Shown piece by piece: positions 53,310 to 64,000 of a stretch of DNA of 64,000 bases. Under the pieces are notes generated by a model. The model was not told the DNA's origin. It searched no databases and saw nothing but the letters and a program-made list of their open reading frames with translations. This DNA comes from Kondoa subrosea (lineage: Eukaryota): NCBI GenBank assembly GCA_039545335.1, contig BCIN01000005.1:186001-250000 (forward strand), given 5' to 3'. The first letter of the stretch is position 1; the number at the start of each line of letters is the position of its first letter. The position numbers and the translations under genes were made by a program.

Positions 53310-54951
53310 ATGGCTGCCTGCGAAACGCTTTTCGGAACCAGCTTGGTGGAACAAACTTCGACAAATGTGATGACAGAAGTCAACACTGTCTGTTCATCTC
53401 GCGCTTGGACGCTATTTATGCAGAGCTGATTGGCTTGGATAGGTCACGGCTGATGACAGTACAAGTATTGGAAGTGTTCCTGCTGGTTTGGTTACACTTT
53501 GTCCTGCTGCAAGCGATGGAGGGGACTGCTCGACTTCGACCAACTATGATATAACAACTCAAATTATACCTGTACGCTCGCTGTGTACTCAATCTGACTG
53601 TGCTAAGATTGGTCATTAGGGAGCTGCATCAGAAGTAACGAATGTTCGAACAGAATTGGTTACAGCTACTTCATCATCGGTATTCCCTACAGCTACCAAT
53701 TGTCAGCCTGGATCTTCAGTCACAGCCCCTGTTCAGCCTGTGAGCAGCACTACAAGACAATCAATACCTTCACCTTCTTCCCGTACTCAAGCTGAAACTT
53801 CTTTCATGACAACAATCCGGACTACTTCAACATGGCAACCTACTCCTACAGAAGACCCCTCTGCAAACAAGGACGAATCTGGTCGACCTACTTCTGTATC
53901 CTATGTCACTTCCATTGTTGTCGTTACAGCAAACGATGGCTCTCAATTAACCTCTTCAATGGTAGTCGCTGCTCCTAACGGTCAACAGCTCAACGCATCT
54001 GGAGGTCGCAGTCATACTGGCGCAGCCGCAGGAGGAGCAATAGGAGGACTTTTGGGTCTACTCTTACTAGTATTGCTACTGCTTGGATGTAAAGGAAAAG
54101 GACCCTTGAAATCCTGTCGACCGAAAGATCAAGGGATAGCAGAAGAAGATTGGGTAGCTGCTGCGCATGGGACTCGAGAGAAACCAGATGAAGATGATGA
54201 AGATGAAAATGGAGGAGATCATGCTGTTGCACCTGTTCACTTTGATGGAAGAAGACAGTCTGCTGTTGCTCCTACAAGAAGTATGTCGCAAATGAGCCAC
54301 GCTACCTCTGCTCGACCTCTCTCTGCTGCGTACTCGGAAGAAGGTGGTCCTGCTTGGCATGGTCTAGCGATGAATCAATCTGTACATCCTCAAAATGGAC
54401 TTCCTTCCCAAGGTGGACCGTTGAACCGGAGAAGTATGCCTGTGATGAATGATGGACCATTATTACAGCATCGAATGTCTTTACCTTTAGGTTACCACTC
54501 CCTACCTTCCTCAAGAAGCCATCAATCCGTGCAACCTCTAGATCGAAGATTATCAGCTCCACTTTCTTTACCTACCCGATCTCTGTCTCACTCTTCTTCC
54601 GCCCCTCGAGTGAGCAGACCTGCAATGAAACTCAATACTTCTTCACATGGAACAACAGAATCCATTTCTACTGAATCTTCTTTATCTTCCGCCATGCCAG
54701 TCACACCACCTTCAGCCAGTATAGAGAACAGGAACAAATATGATCTACATATAGTTGGAGAAGAAGATGATTTACCTTATTTAATGAGACGGGATTCAAG
54801 TTTGGGAACGCCTACCAAGGAACTGCAAGGTTTCAAATTACATCTCGTCACTGAATTGGATGCGGATGTGAGAGAGGAACAGATGAGAGAAGCAAAAGAA
54901 GAAAGAAGAGGGGAAGCTGGACTCCTTCAACCTAGTTTGATCTGTGCATAA
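53310..54951 (+). CDS. Single-pass membrane protein with Ser/Thr-rich ectodomain (Mid2/Wsc-like architecture)
   Basis: Spliced MAACETLFG...|VTADDS...|GAASEV..., then an S/T-rich stalk, TM AAAGGAIGGLLGLLLLVLLLLGC and a disordered cytoplasmic tail. Start tentative. Confidence 0.75.
53692..54006 (+). repeat. Donor copy of a ~320-bp direct repeat (partner 62803-63129)
   Basis: tgtcagcctggatcttcagtcacagc...gcaaacgatggctctcaa...ctcaacgcatctgga vs tgccagcctggatcttcagtctcagc...gcaaatgatggttctcaa...ctcaacgaatcagga. Confidence 0.92.
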
Positions 54952-55170
54952 TTTATTCTGTCGATTAAAGGGGGTATAATTTCGGTATCTGTTCTCAGTG
55001 TTCAATAGATGTTTTGGTCTGTAAAACGTTGCGAGTGCCAGTCTTGAAGCAGTTAACATTGCAAAGCACGGGAATTTGCGAATGCTCCAGCAGTAAGAAG
55101 CTCGACTTTTGCTGTCACCCTAAATGATCTCAATCCCGCATTACAACGCTTGCCAATACTTGAACAGAGA

Positions 55171-55622
55171 TTACCGCTGGTAGGTCCAGACGTTCTTGAG
55201 AACTGTCAGTCAAAAACTCCTCATTAGCTGCTATCCAGCTACACGACACCAAGCTGCATTAACTGACGACCGTCTCTTGTCATGAGCCTGTTCAATGAAT
55301 CATCCCCTTCGGCATTGCCTCTCAAGAAACCGCAAAGAGGGTAGGTAACATTTTGGCCAGGGATCATTTTGCCAGATTCGTCGACTTCAGCAATGTTGAT
55401 TTGTACTGAAGCGTGGTCTTTGGCAGTGATAAGGCGGTTGGTGGCGGCACACTTTCGTGGCACGTAGACTGTAGCCCACAGTAATCAGGCTGTGTGGACT
55501 TGCATTTATCGAATGTGCCAAAAACTCACGATCAACGACTGTGAGAAAGGAAGCGATGATTAGACCTTGTTCTAGGCCCTAAAGCTTAAGTAAGGCATAC
55601 CTTGTCCTGCATCGTTTTCCAT
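55171..55622 (-). CDS. RPS21: 40S ribosomal protein S21
   Basis: [40 protein letters not shown]...[14 protein letters not shown] segment...|[14 protein letters not shown]. Includes a 9-nt microexon at 55530-55538. Confidence 0.97.
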
Positions 55623-56237
55623 GTTGGGCTAGGATTTGAGTGATGGTACAGGAGAAGTCGAAAAGTTTGCGATTTTTCGTTTTTGGTCAAGGCCGACGAC
55701 TTGACTGTATCTTCAGCTGATGTGGCTCTGTGCTGACTGGGAATATGGATGAGCTGCCAGACCCTCGATGATACCGAAATGTCGAAAAGCTATGACTGGA
55801 TCTTGCTCGCTCCTTTGCCTTTCTTTCGTTTCCGAGGAACTCAATTTTTCTGCTCTGCTTTCTATGCTGCTGTTATCTTTCACTCTTCCCTTGTCTCGTC
55901 TAGGTGTCCCGACCTGAGTTGGCGAGCTACAGTCAGAATCAGGATCGAAGCTAGACTTCTGCTGCTAGACATGGCGTTCGCTCAAATGCTATGTATCGCG
56001 TCTCTTGCTGTGTCAATACGTATCTACGCTTCTGTTCTACCTAAGGGAACTCACTTGCCAAACGTATCGCGTCCCGTCATCAAGCATTTCGCGAAATCAA
56101 GTTTCAAGCTGCAGTCAGGAGCAAACTCTTGCTCTGAATCATGCAGCATTTTCGGGCTGTAAAAAGCTCTTTTCCGGTTCTTCTTCTTCTTCTTCTTCTT
56201 GAACCACTTTCTTCTTTCCTATCAATTTCACTTCATC

Positions 56238-57935
56238 ATGGGCAAACATCGCGTTTCAACCTTCTGTCTGAAAGCTGCCGCCCGCCTCGCTCTGACTGGC
56301 CTTAAGACTTACGAGTATATTACATCCGAGCCAAAGCAAACGCCTGTCTACATTCCTGACCCCTTATTGGATGTTGGACGTGAGCTTTTACAATGTTCCA
56401 GCTATCTGCTTGTACTGATAACACTACTCCAGCTCCAGCTTTACCGCCTCGACGTGCAGCCTCAATTGCTACTTCTCAAGCTGATGCTCCTTCAAGTCAG
56501 TCGCTCATGCTGTCTTAAGCATTCCATCCTAATGTATTTGTGCTTAGCTTGCCAACTGGAACCATCTCTACTTCCTGAAACCTTAGAAGGCACTACTTTG
56601 GGCACTCAAGCTCCATACTGCTCTCGTGAGGTATCTGGCACATTTGTGTCTATGCTCTAGCTGACCTGTTCACCTTTGGCTCCTTCTACTCCCAGCTTAT
56701 CTCGGTCCTCTTCTACTTCCACTGGGTTCTCTACCTCTTCTACTTCACCTGCATCCACTTCTCGTTCTTCTATTTTCTCAAGCTTGCTCCGCAAATCAGA
56801 CCCATCTCAAAGTACAAGCTGCTCATGAAAAGGAACTTGCTCGTCAACAATCAGTACACGAAAAAGAAGTTGCTCGTCTTCAAGCATCTCATGAAATAGT
56901 CCTCAAGACGATGCAAAGAAAACAGCATCATCTTTTCACTCAATATTGCCAACAAATCGAAAACTGCAAGCAGAATGATATTGTGCTGCTCAAAAGAACT
57001 TTAGCTGAACAATCTGAGACGATCAAAGAGTTGGAAAACGAAGTTGATCAAGAAAGAGAAGCTAGATGAAGAAGATAAGAACAGTTTAGCTCGAAAGTAT
57101 TTGAGGGAGAACAAATGGATTGAAAAGAATGAATTGGCTGCTTTGTTGAGAGAAAATGAGGAGTTGAAAAGGGATGCAGCGGATCAAAAGCAGAAAGGTC
57201 AAGAAGAGGAACAAGCGAAATCTCTTGTCACTCAAGGGAAGTTGTTGTTAATGCTCAAGAAGTCGGATCGTCTCGAGTCAAAGCAATCAGCTCAATTGGC
57301 ATTTATGGCACAGCAACTTCGTATCTTGGAGGATCAAATCCAGGTCATTTCCAGCTGCTGAGGCAATGCGAGCTAATCTCATCTTAATCTTCTGCCCGAT
57401 GATATTCGTCGCGTTCTTTGTCTCTCTCCTCTTGGCTGGCGATGACCTCGCAGCGATACGCAGGGCCTATCTTTGGCTTGTCATTAACACTGTTACGACT
57501 TTCTTCTTCAAAATTCAAATGGCATCATGGATTTGTAGAAGATACACCTCTTCGCAACGTGAGTTGCTTCCTGCAATACTTTCTTAATCGCAAAGCTGAT
57601 CTTCTTGCTACATAGTTCCTCTTGAGCAAGGACTTTGTGAACCCAAAGTCAGGTCTGCGCAGATCAGACCTGCTAGCAAGAAACCGAAATCTGCTAGCAG
57701 GGAAGCTGAAGCTCATCCTCAAGGCAAGAGACCTTCATCAGCTGCTTTCGTTCACTCTTTCGCTGAACCGATCAAACCGGAAACTCAAAGCAAATCTGAA
57801 TTACCTGAAGCTACTACAAAAGAAGAGTCACCCTCAACACTTCTTCAGCTCGCGGCCTTGAGTGAATGTACGCCTGCTGGTGGTACTATTCGGAAGGCTC
57901 ATCGCTTCAGAAGTTTGTTCAGCAAAAGCGGCTGA
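56238..57935 (+). pseudogene. Disabled Ser-rich/coiled-coil/TM gene (cassette gene C, right copy)
   Basis: Ser-rich, coiled-coil and TM blocks lie in different frames (breaks near 56810, 57040-57070 and 57350). KKEKLDEEDKNSLARKYL...AALLRENEELKRD resembles KKQVLEEKVIEEAAKKLY...ASLKAENERLRKD of 42123-42990. Confidence 0.55.
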
Positions 57936-58254
57936 AGAGATTCTTGGATGTCGTAAAGCGCAAGTAACAGTGTTAGATAAGATGGGAGTGCTGAGAAGTA
58001 TTGGTGAGCAGTGAGCACTTTATGGGTGTATCTTTGTGTTGCGTGCTGGACATGCTTGAAATGCTATGGTCGAGTTTCGACGAGAGCTGTGGTCTCCTTC
58101 GCTTCCTCTCGAAAGGTCTGGGCATGAAGCAACAGAAGCTCTGCTTAATGGTAAACAAGCTTGTTTCGCGTCAGAATGAGCTCCTGAATGTTGTTTCCAA
58201 ACCATCATATTGCTAGACAGAGCAACATTCTGGGCGCAGACAGATACCCTAAGC

Positions 58255-58995
58255 ATGTCATCCAGCGACCTGACTCTGCTTTTCGATGGCTCTCTGATTC
58301 CAAGCGAGTTGTCCGCGATGTTCGGACCAGAATACATTGCAAGCTCTCTTGCGGCTGATGCTTTCTTCTCTGTCTTATTTTCTATACTGCCTAGATCCGT
58401 CCTCTGGCTCTTGATGATCACAAACGAGGCTACTTTGATCTCCTGAGCGATCTGACTTCCGCACCTCCTCAATCAGCCTCAGCTTTCGAAGAACGCTTCA
58501 AGCTCTTACAATCAGCTCCAGATACCTATTACATCTTAGTGATCTATGCAGCAAACAAGCCAGACGTGTTACTGGGCAATGGAAGCCTGATCTTGGAGCG
58601 AAAGTTCTTGCGCAATTTGGGCACCTGTGGACATATCGAGGATATAGTAGTCTCGAAAACATTGCAAGGAAGCGGTTTGGGCAAGAAGATCATTGCGGTT
58701 TTGACGGGATTGAGCGAAAGTTTGGGTTGCTACAAGACGATTCTGGATTGCGATCTCAAGAATACTGGTCAGCAGCAGTATTCTCTGTTATAAACTTATA
58801 CATTGATACTATGATCCGTCTAGGCTTCTACGAGAAGTGCGGGTGAGCCATACTTCATCGTGATATTCAACTTTTGCTCACTATCGATTCTGGCCTGGAG
58901 ATACGAGAATAAGGGTGCACAGATGTGAGTGTGATCATCTCGTCTGGCCACTGCTCAATCTGAATCGCGCTGGCAGGGCGAAATACAAGAAGTAG
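58255..58995 (+). CDS. GNA1: Glucosamine-6-phosphate N-acetyltransferase (right copy)
   Basis: Same exon structure as 40970-41712, including the GC-AG intron 58339-58394. Intact frame ending AKYKK-stop. Confidence 0.95.
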
Positions 58996-59271
58996 ATTCC
59001 GTCACGGATTCGATTATTCCAACAACGCGTATAACCTGCATATATACGCCTACAATACTACTGGATATCATCGTATCCGCCGAAGATGTCCACTAAACGC
59101 GTCATTTCTTCCCTTGCTTAGATTACATTCCTTGATAAAATTTGTTGTTCATTAGAAATACGTCGTGGCTTCAGGCACTAGCTGATTCTCGAACGCAAGT
59201 TCTTCTGATTTTCTCTTCTTGCTCCTCCTCTTCTTCCTTCTCTATCTTTTGCTTTACTTTCCGCTTCTAAG

Positions 59272-60498
59272 ATGTCTTCCGTTATCGCGACTTCAACCAC
59301 TTCAGCAATTATTGTTGCTTCGCAAACGAGCGACATTCCTCAGGAGACTGTCGAGTCGCCTGAGACTTCTTCTTCTTCTTCTTCGTTCGCGGATTCTTCA
59401 GAACCAACTCCTTCCAATTTGAGCAAAATCGAAAATCAGAAGAAATCGCCTTTCAAGTCTTTCATTACACGTCTCAAATCATCAAAGCCTCTTGAAGACA
59501 AGCCTACAACCGACTGTTTCGGATGGCCTTTAGATCCCTCTCACAGATCGAAAAGGCAACACGCCAAGGACACTTACGAGCTAGCTCAAAGTATGAGAAC
59601 CAACAAGCTTCTCATGCAGGATCTTCGAAATGCAGAAGCGAGGAGGAAGGAAACTCGTAAGGAGACGCTAAAGGAACTGGANAGAGTTGAAAAGGCATCT
59701 TTCAAGAGGGGAGTNATCAGTGCTCAACGAGCANANGANATCGCGNATATGAATATGGCAAAGATGAAGCGAGAATGTGAAGAGATCGAGAACGAAAGGA
59801 AAGCAAGGGACGCAAGGGAAGCAATGCTCGAAGCCATCATTCTCGACCGCGAAGTCGAAATTCGTCGACTTGAACTTCAACTAGAAATTGTACATCTTCC
59901 AGCAGTGCAACTTGAAGAGCAAGTAAAACATTCTCAAGCCGAACTTCTCAAGTACAAGAATCGAGCACAAGCATCAGAACAGGACGCAAAAAAGTATCAT
60001 GTCCAAATGCGAGCACTTCAACAAGAACTTGCACTTGAAAAAGAGAAGAAGGCACCGTTAGTAATTATGCAAGAGCATTGGCTTAGGATCTTGTTGACTG
60101 GCATTTGGTCTTTGATCATTGCTTGCGGTTCGGCTGGTAAGCTGCTTTCTCCTGATATTCCTGCACTTGAACTTATTTTCTACTCAGTTGCGTCCCTTCG
60201 TTGGCCAGCTGCGCTTGCTTCCGCTTCTGCTGCTGTACCAAATACAATCGAAGCTCTTCTGCCTTCATCCACATCACATCATTCCGCTTCACCCAATGAG
60301 CAAGCCAGATTTTGCGATCAATGGCGACTTTACACCCCAATTCGTCCAATTGTAATTCGCTCATCTTCCATCTCTTCTCTGGCCTCAATAGCAGAGTCGG
60401 ACGAATCCTTGGAAAGCGAATCGACCTCTCTGTATTCTCCATGCAGCACACCTCCTTCTTCCCCTGACTCAACTAAAACTTCTCGAAGACTGCATTAG
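59272..60498 (+). CDS. Orphan Ser-rich/coiled-coil/single-TM protein (cassette gene B, right copy)
   Basis: 408-codon ORF containing an in-frame 51-nt GTAAGC..CAG intron (60137-60187). Close paralog of 39470-40691. Confidence 0.8.
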   Translation: MSSVIATSTTSAIIVASQTSDIPQETVESPETSSSSSSFADSSEPTPSNLSKIENQKKSPFKSFITRLKSSKPLEDKPTTDCFGWPLDPSHRSKRQHAKDTYELAQSMRTNKLLMQDLRNAEARRKETRKETLKELXRVEKASFKRGXISAQRAXXIAXMNMAKMKRECEEIENERKARDAREAMLEAIILDREVEIRRLELQLEIVHLPAVQLEEQVKHSQAELLKYKNRAQASEQDAKKYHVQMRALQQELALEKEKKAPLVIMQEHWLRILLTGIWSLIIACGSAGKLLSPDIPALELIFYSVASLRWPAALASASAAVPNTIEALLPSSTSHHSASPNEQARFCDQWRLYTPIRPIVIRSSSISSLASIAESDESLESESTSLYSPCSTPPSSPDSTKTSRRLH

Positions 60499-60929
60499 AT
60501 TGGTCGAGAAGAAGGAGCATTGAGATTCGAGTTCGTTTGAGTTGACGGATGAAGCGATTGGGTCAGATTTAGACAGCTTTAAAAGATGTTTTACATCCTC
60601 GTAGATTATAGTTAATGGTTCGTGTGCCCAGTAGATAGCAGAAGTAGAGTAATGGAGAATTGCAGCAGGTGCTAGTCATTCAAAGAGCTTTTGCTGGGCT
60701 GCTTCTTCCCCTTTTTGTCATCGTCGCAAATGATTGGATTGAGAGATCATCATCTTCTCGACTAGCATTAGTGTACAGAGTGAGCCAGATAAGCTGACGA
60801 ATGCAGGTTCAGCATTTTGGCCAACGTTTTCTCCCATTTGCGCTGTTATCCAGATTACCATAACTTCAGATTGATGCGTCCAGTGTATTCCAATGCATGT
60901 AAAGTTGCGCTGAGCTCGACAAAGCCTAG

Positions 60930-61154
60930 ATGCGGTTTCTTGAGGAGGGGCGCAAGGCTTGTCCTTGGGCAAAGGGCTTAGATTTCGATGCGCCGGCCAA
61001 TGTATACACGAATAGGACACAGAGAACCATTGTGCAACAGATGCAAGGGTTATCACAGCAATCAGAGTCCAGTACATTTGATACAAGTTTCGACGACATG
61101 GATGATGATGGACCAGCAGCCAATGGCAATCAGAGACTTGGAGGCACACATTAG
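60930..61154 (+). CDS. Short hypothetical ORF or terminal exon inside the IR
   Basis: 74-aa open frame MRFLEEGRKACPWAKGLDFD...DDMDDDGP; the mirrored copy is frameshifted. Confidence 0.3.
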   Translation: MRFLEEGRKACPWAKGLDFDAPANVYTNRTQRTIVQQMQGLSQQSESSTFDTSFDDMDDDGPAANGNQRLGGTH

Positions 61155-61587
61155 GCCTGTAGGGTATCATAGAAACAGGATATAGAGCTCCCTGGTATCG
61201 CTTGATCGCTGTCCCGCTCCAAGTCACTCATGCACAATTTTCGACTGCCTCTTGACCGCAATCGATGTGCCTCAATATGATACCTGCTGGAATTGCCCTG
61301 CACAGCTTCTTATACCCTCCTCGAACAACGTCCTGCGATACGAGGCCAACAATTTGCTTGCTCACGCATTTCGCGCTGGATCTCTTTCAACACGGAATGT
61401 TCATATTGTCATTGCTCTCGCGTGCTGTGGCTGCTATAGAATGTCTCATCTCGCGATACCTTCACTTTACTCGTCGTTCCCATTCAAAACACAGACTTAG
61501 TCGAAATTGGAAGATACTGACCGAGATCGCTCGAGAGTCTCAGTCGCTCACTTCACCCAAACCACTTCACATCACGAACTCGCAAAG

Positions 61588-63522
61588 ATGATGTTTGACC
61601 TCTGTGATGCGCTCAACACTCAAGTTCTTGGCTATCCTCGTAGCGCACCTGCAGGAGGAACACCAGTGAAAGAACTTCGACGACCTGTCGATAAGCTGCC
61701 CAAATCCAACTCAACTCCTCAAGTAGCCACAACTACGCGTCGAATTACCATCGAACGACGCACCAAATCTCTCATTCTGGGCGATTTACCTACTCAAGTT
61801 GATTGTTTGGCGAACTCGCAACTCTTTCTACAAGAATTGAACGCGACATTCAACACTAGACCTGCTATATCTATACCTGTCGATATAATCAGACCTTCCA
61901 CACCGCCTCCTGCGCCTTTGGCTAGATCTTCAGCCTCAATCAGTCTAATTGGTCGAACTCTTGCTAATTCACCTAGCAAGCTTGGTAAGAAGATCCTGAA
62001 GTCGACTAGCAAGATCAAAGCTTTGAGAACAGATGTTTTCGACGCCAACAATGGTTCTGGCGAGATGAGTGAGAAAAATGAGCGAATTCGAGAAATGGAT
62101 GCTACTTTACAACAAAATACAATGAACGCTCAATATGCTTCAAATAGCGCTGCACATCAAATCAAGACGCTTATAAAACGGTGTGAATCCCTTAGCAGAG
62201 AAAAGCAGAGAGTGCAAGATGATAAAACAGAACTTGGATACAAGCTGTATGATGCCCAGCAAACTGGTGACTTTATGCGTGGCATTGGATTTATCAACCA
62301 AATTGGTGACCAGCAGGAAGAGCTCAAATCTATCAACAAGTCTCTGGACAAGGCAGAAACAAAGGTCAAGCATCAAGAAGCTCAGATTGGGAATTTACAA
62401 GAAGATGTTTTCCAATTGCTTAAGGTCATACAAGAGAAAGATCGACAGCTTGAAGACTTTACAGCTCAAATGGCACAGCAATCCACAAAGTTTGACGAGC
62501 TACAATTGGTTCTTGAAGCAGATCTGCAGACAGCTCGATCCAACCGGGAACAGGCTTGTACTGCTATCATTAGTTTGAAAGAAGCAAAGGAACAACAAAG
62601 GGAGCTTATTCAACAACAAGCAGAGGGTATAGAGAATCTCAAGCTCGAATGTCTCGGATTACACATGGAGAATGATCAACTGCAATACGTTGTCGCTCTT
62701 CAGCACCGTAGTTTTGTTGCAAACGAAGAACGGATTTTGTCTTGCGAAAGCAAGATGGTCTCTTTGGTCAGCAAAGTCGAAGTCCTCAAGCAAAAGTTCA
62801 ATACTACAACTTGCCAGCCTGGATCTTCAGTCTCAGCGTCAGTTCAGACTGTGAGCAACAGTACAAGACAAGCAATCTCTTCAGCCTCTTCTCGCACTCA
62901 AGTTGAAGCCTCTGCCATGACAACCATTCGAAACACTTCGGCTAGACAAGCGACACCTACAAAAGACGCGTCTCCAAACGATGATGAGTCTGGTCGTCCT
63001 ATTTCTGCATCCCATGTTACTTCCGAGGTCGTCGTTACTGCAAATGATGGTTCTCAATCAATCTCTTCACTGGTCTCTTCACTGGTAATTGCTGCTGATA
63101 ATGGTCCGCATCTCAACGAATCAGGAAGTAGCAGCTTTGTCATCAATTCAAGCAATGACGAAGCATCGTTGCACAACTGCAATCCTGCTGATGTTGATAC
63201 CACTCTAGCCTTCATGGCAATCTTCTTTGCTGGCGCTTTCACCAGTGCTTTCTCTTATTGGATACCTGAAGCGGCTAGATTTGAAAATACTCAATATACC
63301 GACAGTCTTCATGTCGTTACTGGTCTTTTGTTCTCTCTGGTGCCTTTAAGCTTCGTACTGGCTGAATGTAAGCGATCGGCTCTGTTGATTTCGACGATCG
63401 TTGATCAAAATAACACAGCTTTATCTTGTCCAGCTTCATCTATCGGCGAGGTCCTCTTGTATATTTTGGAGGTTCTCTTTAGCGTTGTCTCACATGGTGG
63501 TTCGTCACAGTTCTTGCGCTGA
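61588..63522 (+). CDS. Orphan coiled-coil protein with captured S/T-rich segment and C-terminal TM segments (cassette gene A, right copy)
   Basis: Within a 671-codon open frame. N-terminus is similar to the 38376 gene (PKSNSTPQV/PKSISLPQV; DCLANSQLFLQELNA/DSLSNAKSFWQHLDA; RTLANSPSKLGKKILKSTSKIKAL/KTLAASPRKLRQTIIESPSKIRNL). May splice to 63603-63893. Confidence 0.75.
   Translation: MMFDLCDALNTQVLGYPRSAPAGGTPVKELRRPVDKLPKSNSTPQVATTTRRITIERRTKSLILGDLPTQVDCLANSQLFLQELNATFNTRPAISIPVDIIRPSTPPPAPLARSSASISLIGRTLANSPSKLGKKILKSTSKIKALRTDVFDANNGSGEMSEKNERIREMDATLQQNTMNAQYASNSAAHQIKTLIKRCESLSREKQRVQDDKTELGYKLYDAQQTGDFMRGIGFINQIGDQQEELKSINKSLDKAETKVKHQEAQIGNLQEDVFQLLKVIQEKDRQLEDFTAQMAQQSTKFDELQLVLEADLQTARSNREQACTAIISLKEAKEQQRELIQQQAEGIENLKLECLGLHMENDQLQYVVALQHRSFVANEERILSCESKMVSLVSKVEVLKQKFNTTTCQPGSSVSASVQTVSNSTRQAISSASSRTQVEASAMTTIRNTSARQATPTKDASPNDDESGRPISASHVTSEVVVTANDGSQSISSLVSSLVIAADNGPHLNESGSSSFVINSSNDEASLHNCNPADVDTTLAFMAIFFAGAFTSAFSYWIPEAARFENTQYTDSLHVVTGLLFSLVPLSFVLAECKRSALLISTIVDQNNTALSCPASSIGEVLLYILEVLFSVVSHGGSSQFLR
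62803..63129 (+). repeat. Recipient copy of the ~320-bp direct repeat, in frame inside the coiled-coil gene
   Basis: CQPGSSVSASVQTVSNSTRQAISSASSRTQ...DESGRPIS...VVVTANDGSQ matches the 53692-54006 translation. Confidence 0.92.
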
Positions 63523-64000
63523 GCCAATGATTTACTGATTGCTTGCTCCATGAACAGTTCGTGAATCATGGCGGACGATACTAGCGGTAGCGATCAAAGT
63601 CTATGCCATCCTTCGAAGAGAAGCAGATCAACTGGCATAGCAGATTTCAGCTTGGAACGGACAACGTATCCTTAGCATTCAGTGAGCTTCTCAACATGCT
63701 GGACTGGACATTCACTGATGGCCAGGGTAGCTTTCCTTCTTTTGTTACTCGTCGTTTGGCGGCTATGCAGCAGTTCAGCAGAGCGGTCTCATTGCTGTCC
63801 TTTGGCTCTTTATTAGTTCATTCTCAAGTCACTATCATAGGTTTCTTATATAGACATATATATTTCGTTCAGCCTTTGCAATACATTGCATAGAATAATT
63901 CCACACATACAAGAACGAATTCTGGCATTCGCTAACTTCGTTCCGCCTACACTCTTTCGCGCGAGAGCCTTTCTTACCCTCAATCCATTATAAGCCATTG

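Larger units (their letters stand above)
58242..61464 (+). repeat. Right arm of the large inverted repeat (partner 38506-41725)
   Basis: Same order of GNA1, gene B, short ORF and intergenic DNA in mirrored orientation. Confidence 0.97.

Noticed and set aside
41726..58241. Composite transposon or mating-type locus between the inverted repeats
   Set aside because: No transposase, recombinase, homeodomain, pheromone receptor or CAAX pheromone ORF was recognised, and the arms consist of host genes rather than terminal inverted repeats.
1..64000. tRNA, rRNA or CRISPR features
   Set aside because: No cloverleaf, rRNA-like or repeat-spacer pattern seen by eye; tRNAscan-SE and Infernal would be needed to exclude small ncRNAs.

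Overview
Gene-dense fungal nuclear DNA, most likely a basidiomycete (inferred from protein style and many ~50-nt introns, several with GC-AG splice sites). The first ~35 kb is mostly housekeeping: ELF1 (partial), LYS2, YSH1/CPSF73, a small secreted protein, a PRCC-like gene head-to-head with ALG13, mago nashi (missed by the ORF track), LTN1/RKR1, PET100, an ACS-family MFS transporter, CYS3 and a CAMK-group kinase. The main feature of the right half is a large inverted segmental duplication. A ~3.2-kb high-similarity arm (38506-41725 vs 58242-61464) carries GNA1 and an orphan coiled-coil/TM gene. On both sides of each arm are further orphan coiled-coil/TM paralogs that match only at protein level, giving a mirrored four-gene cassette. 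The arms are separated by a 16.5-kb spacer that holds the inner coiled-coil paralogs and ordinary genes (DUF3455-like, SDR, LCB1, P450, RPC37, a single-pass membrane protein, RPS21). One outer paralog has captured ~320 bp from the spacer's membrane-protein gene, and several family members carry frameshifts. All exon structures were parsed by eye and gene names come from recognising motifs, not from database searches.
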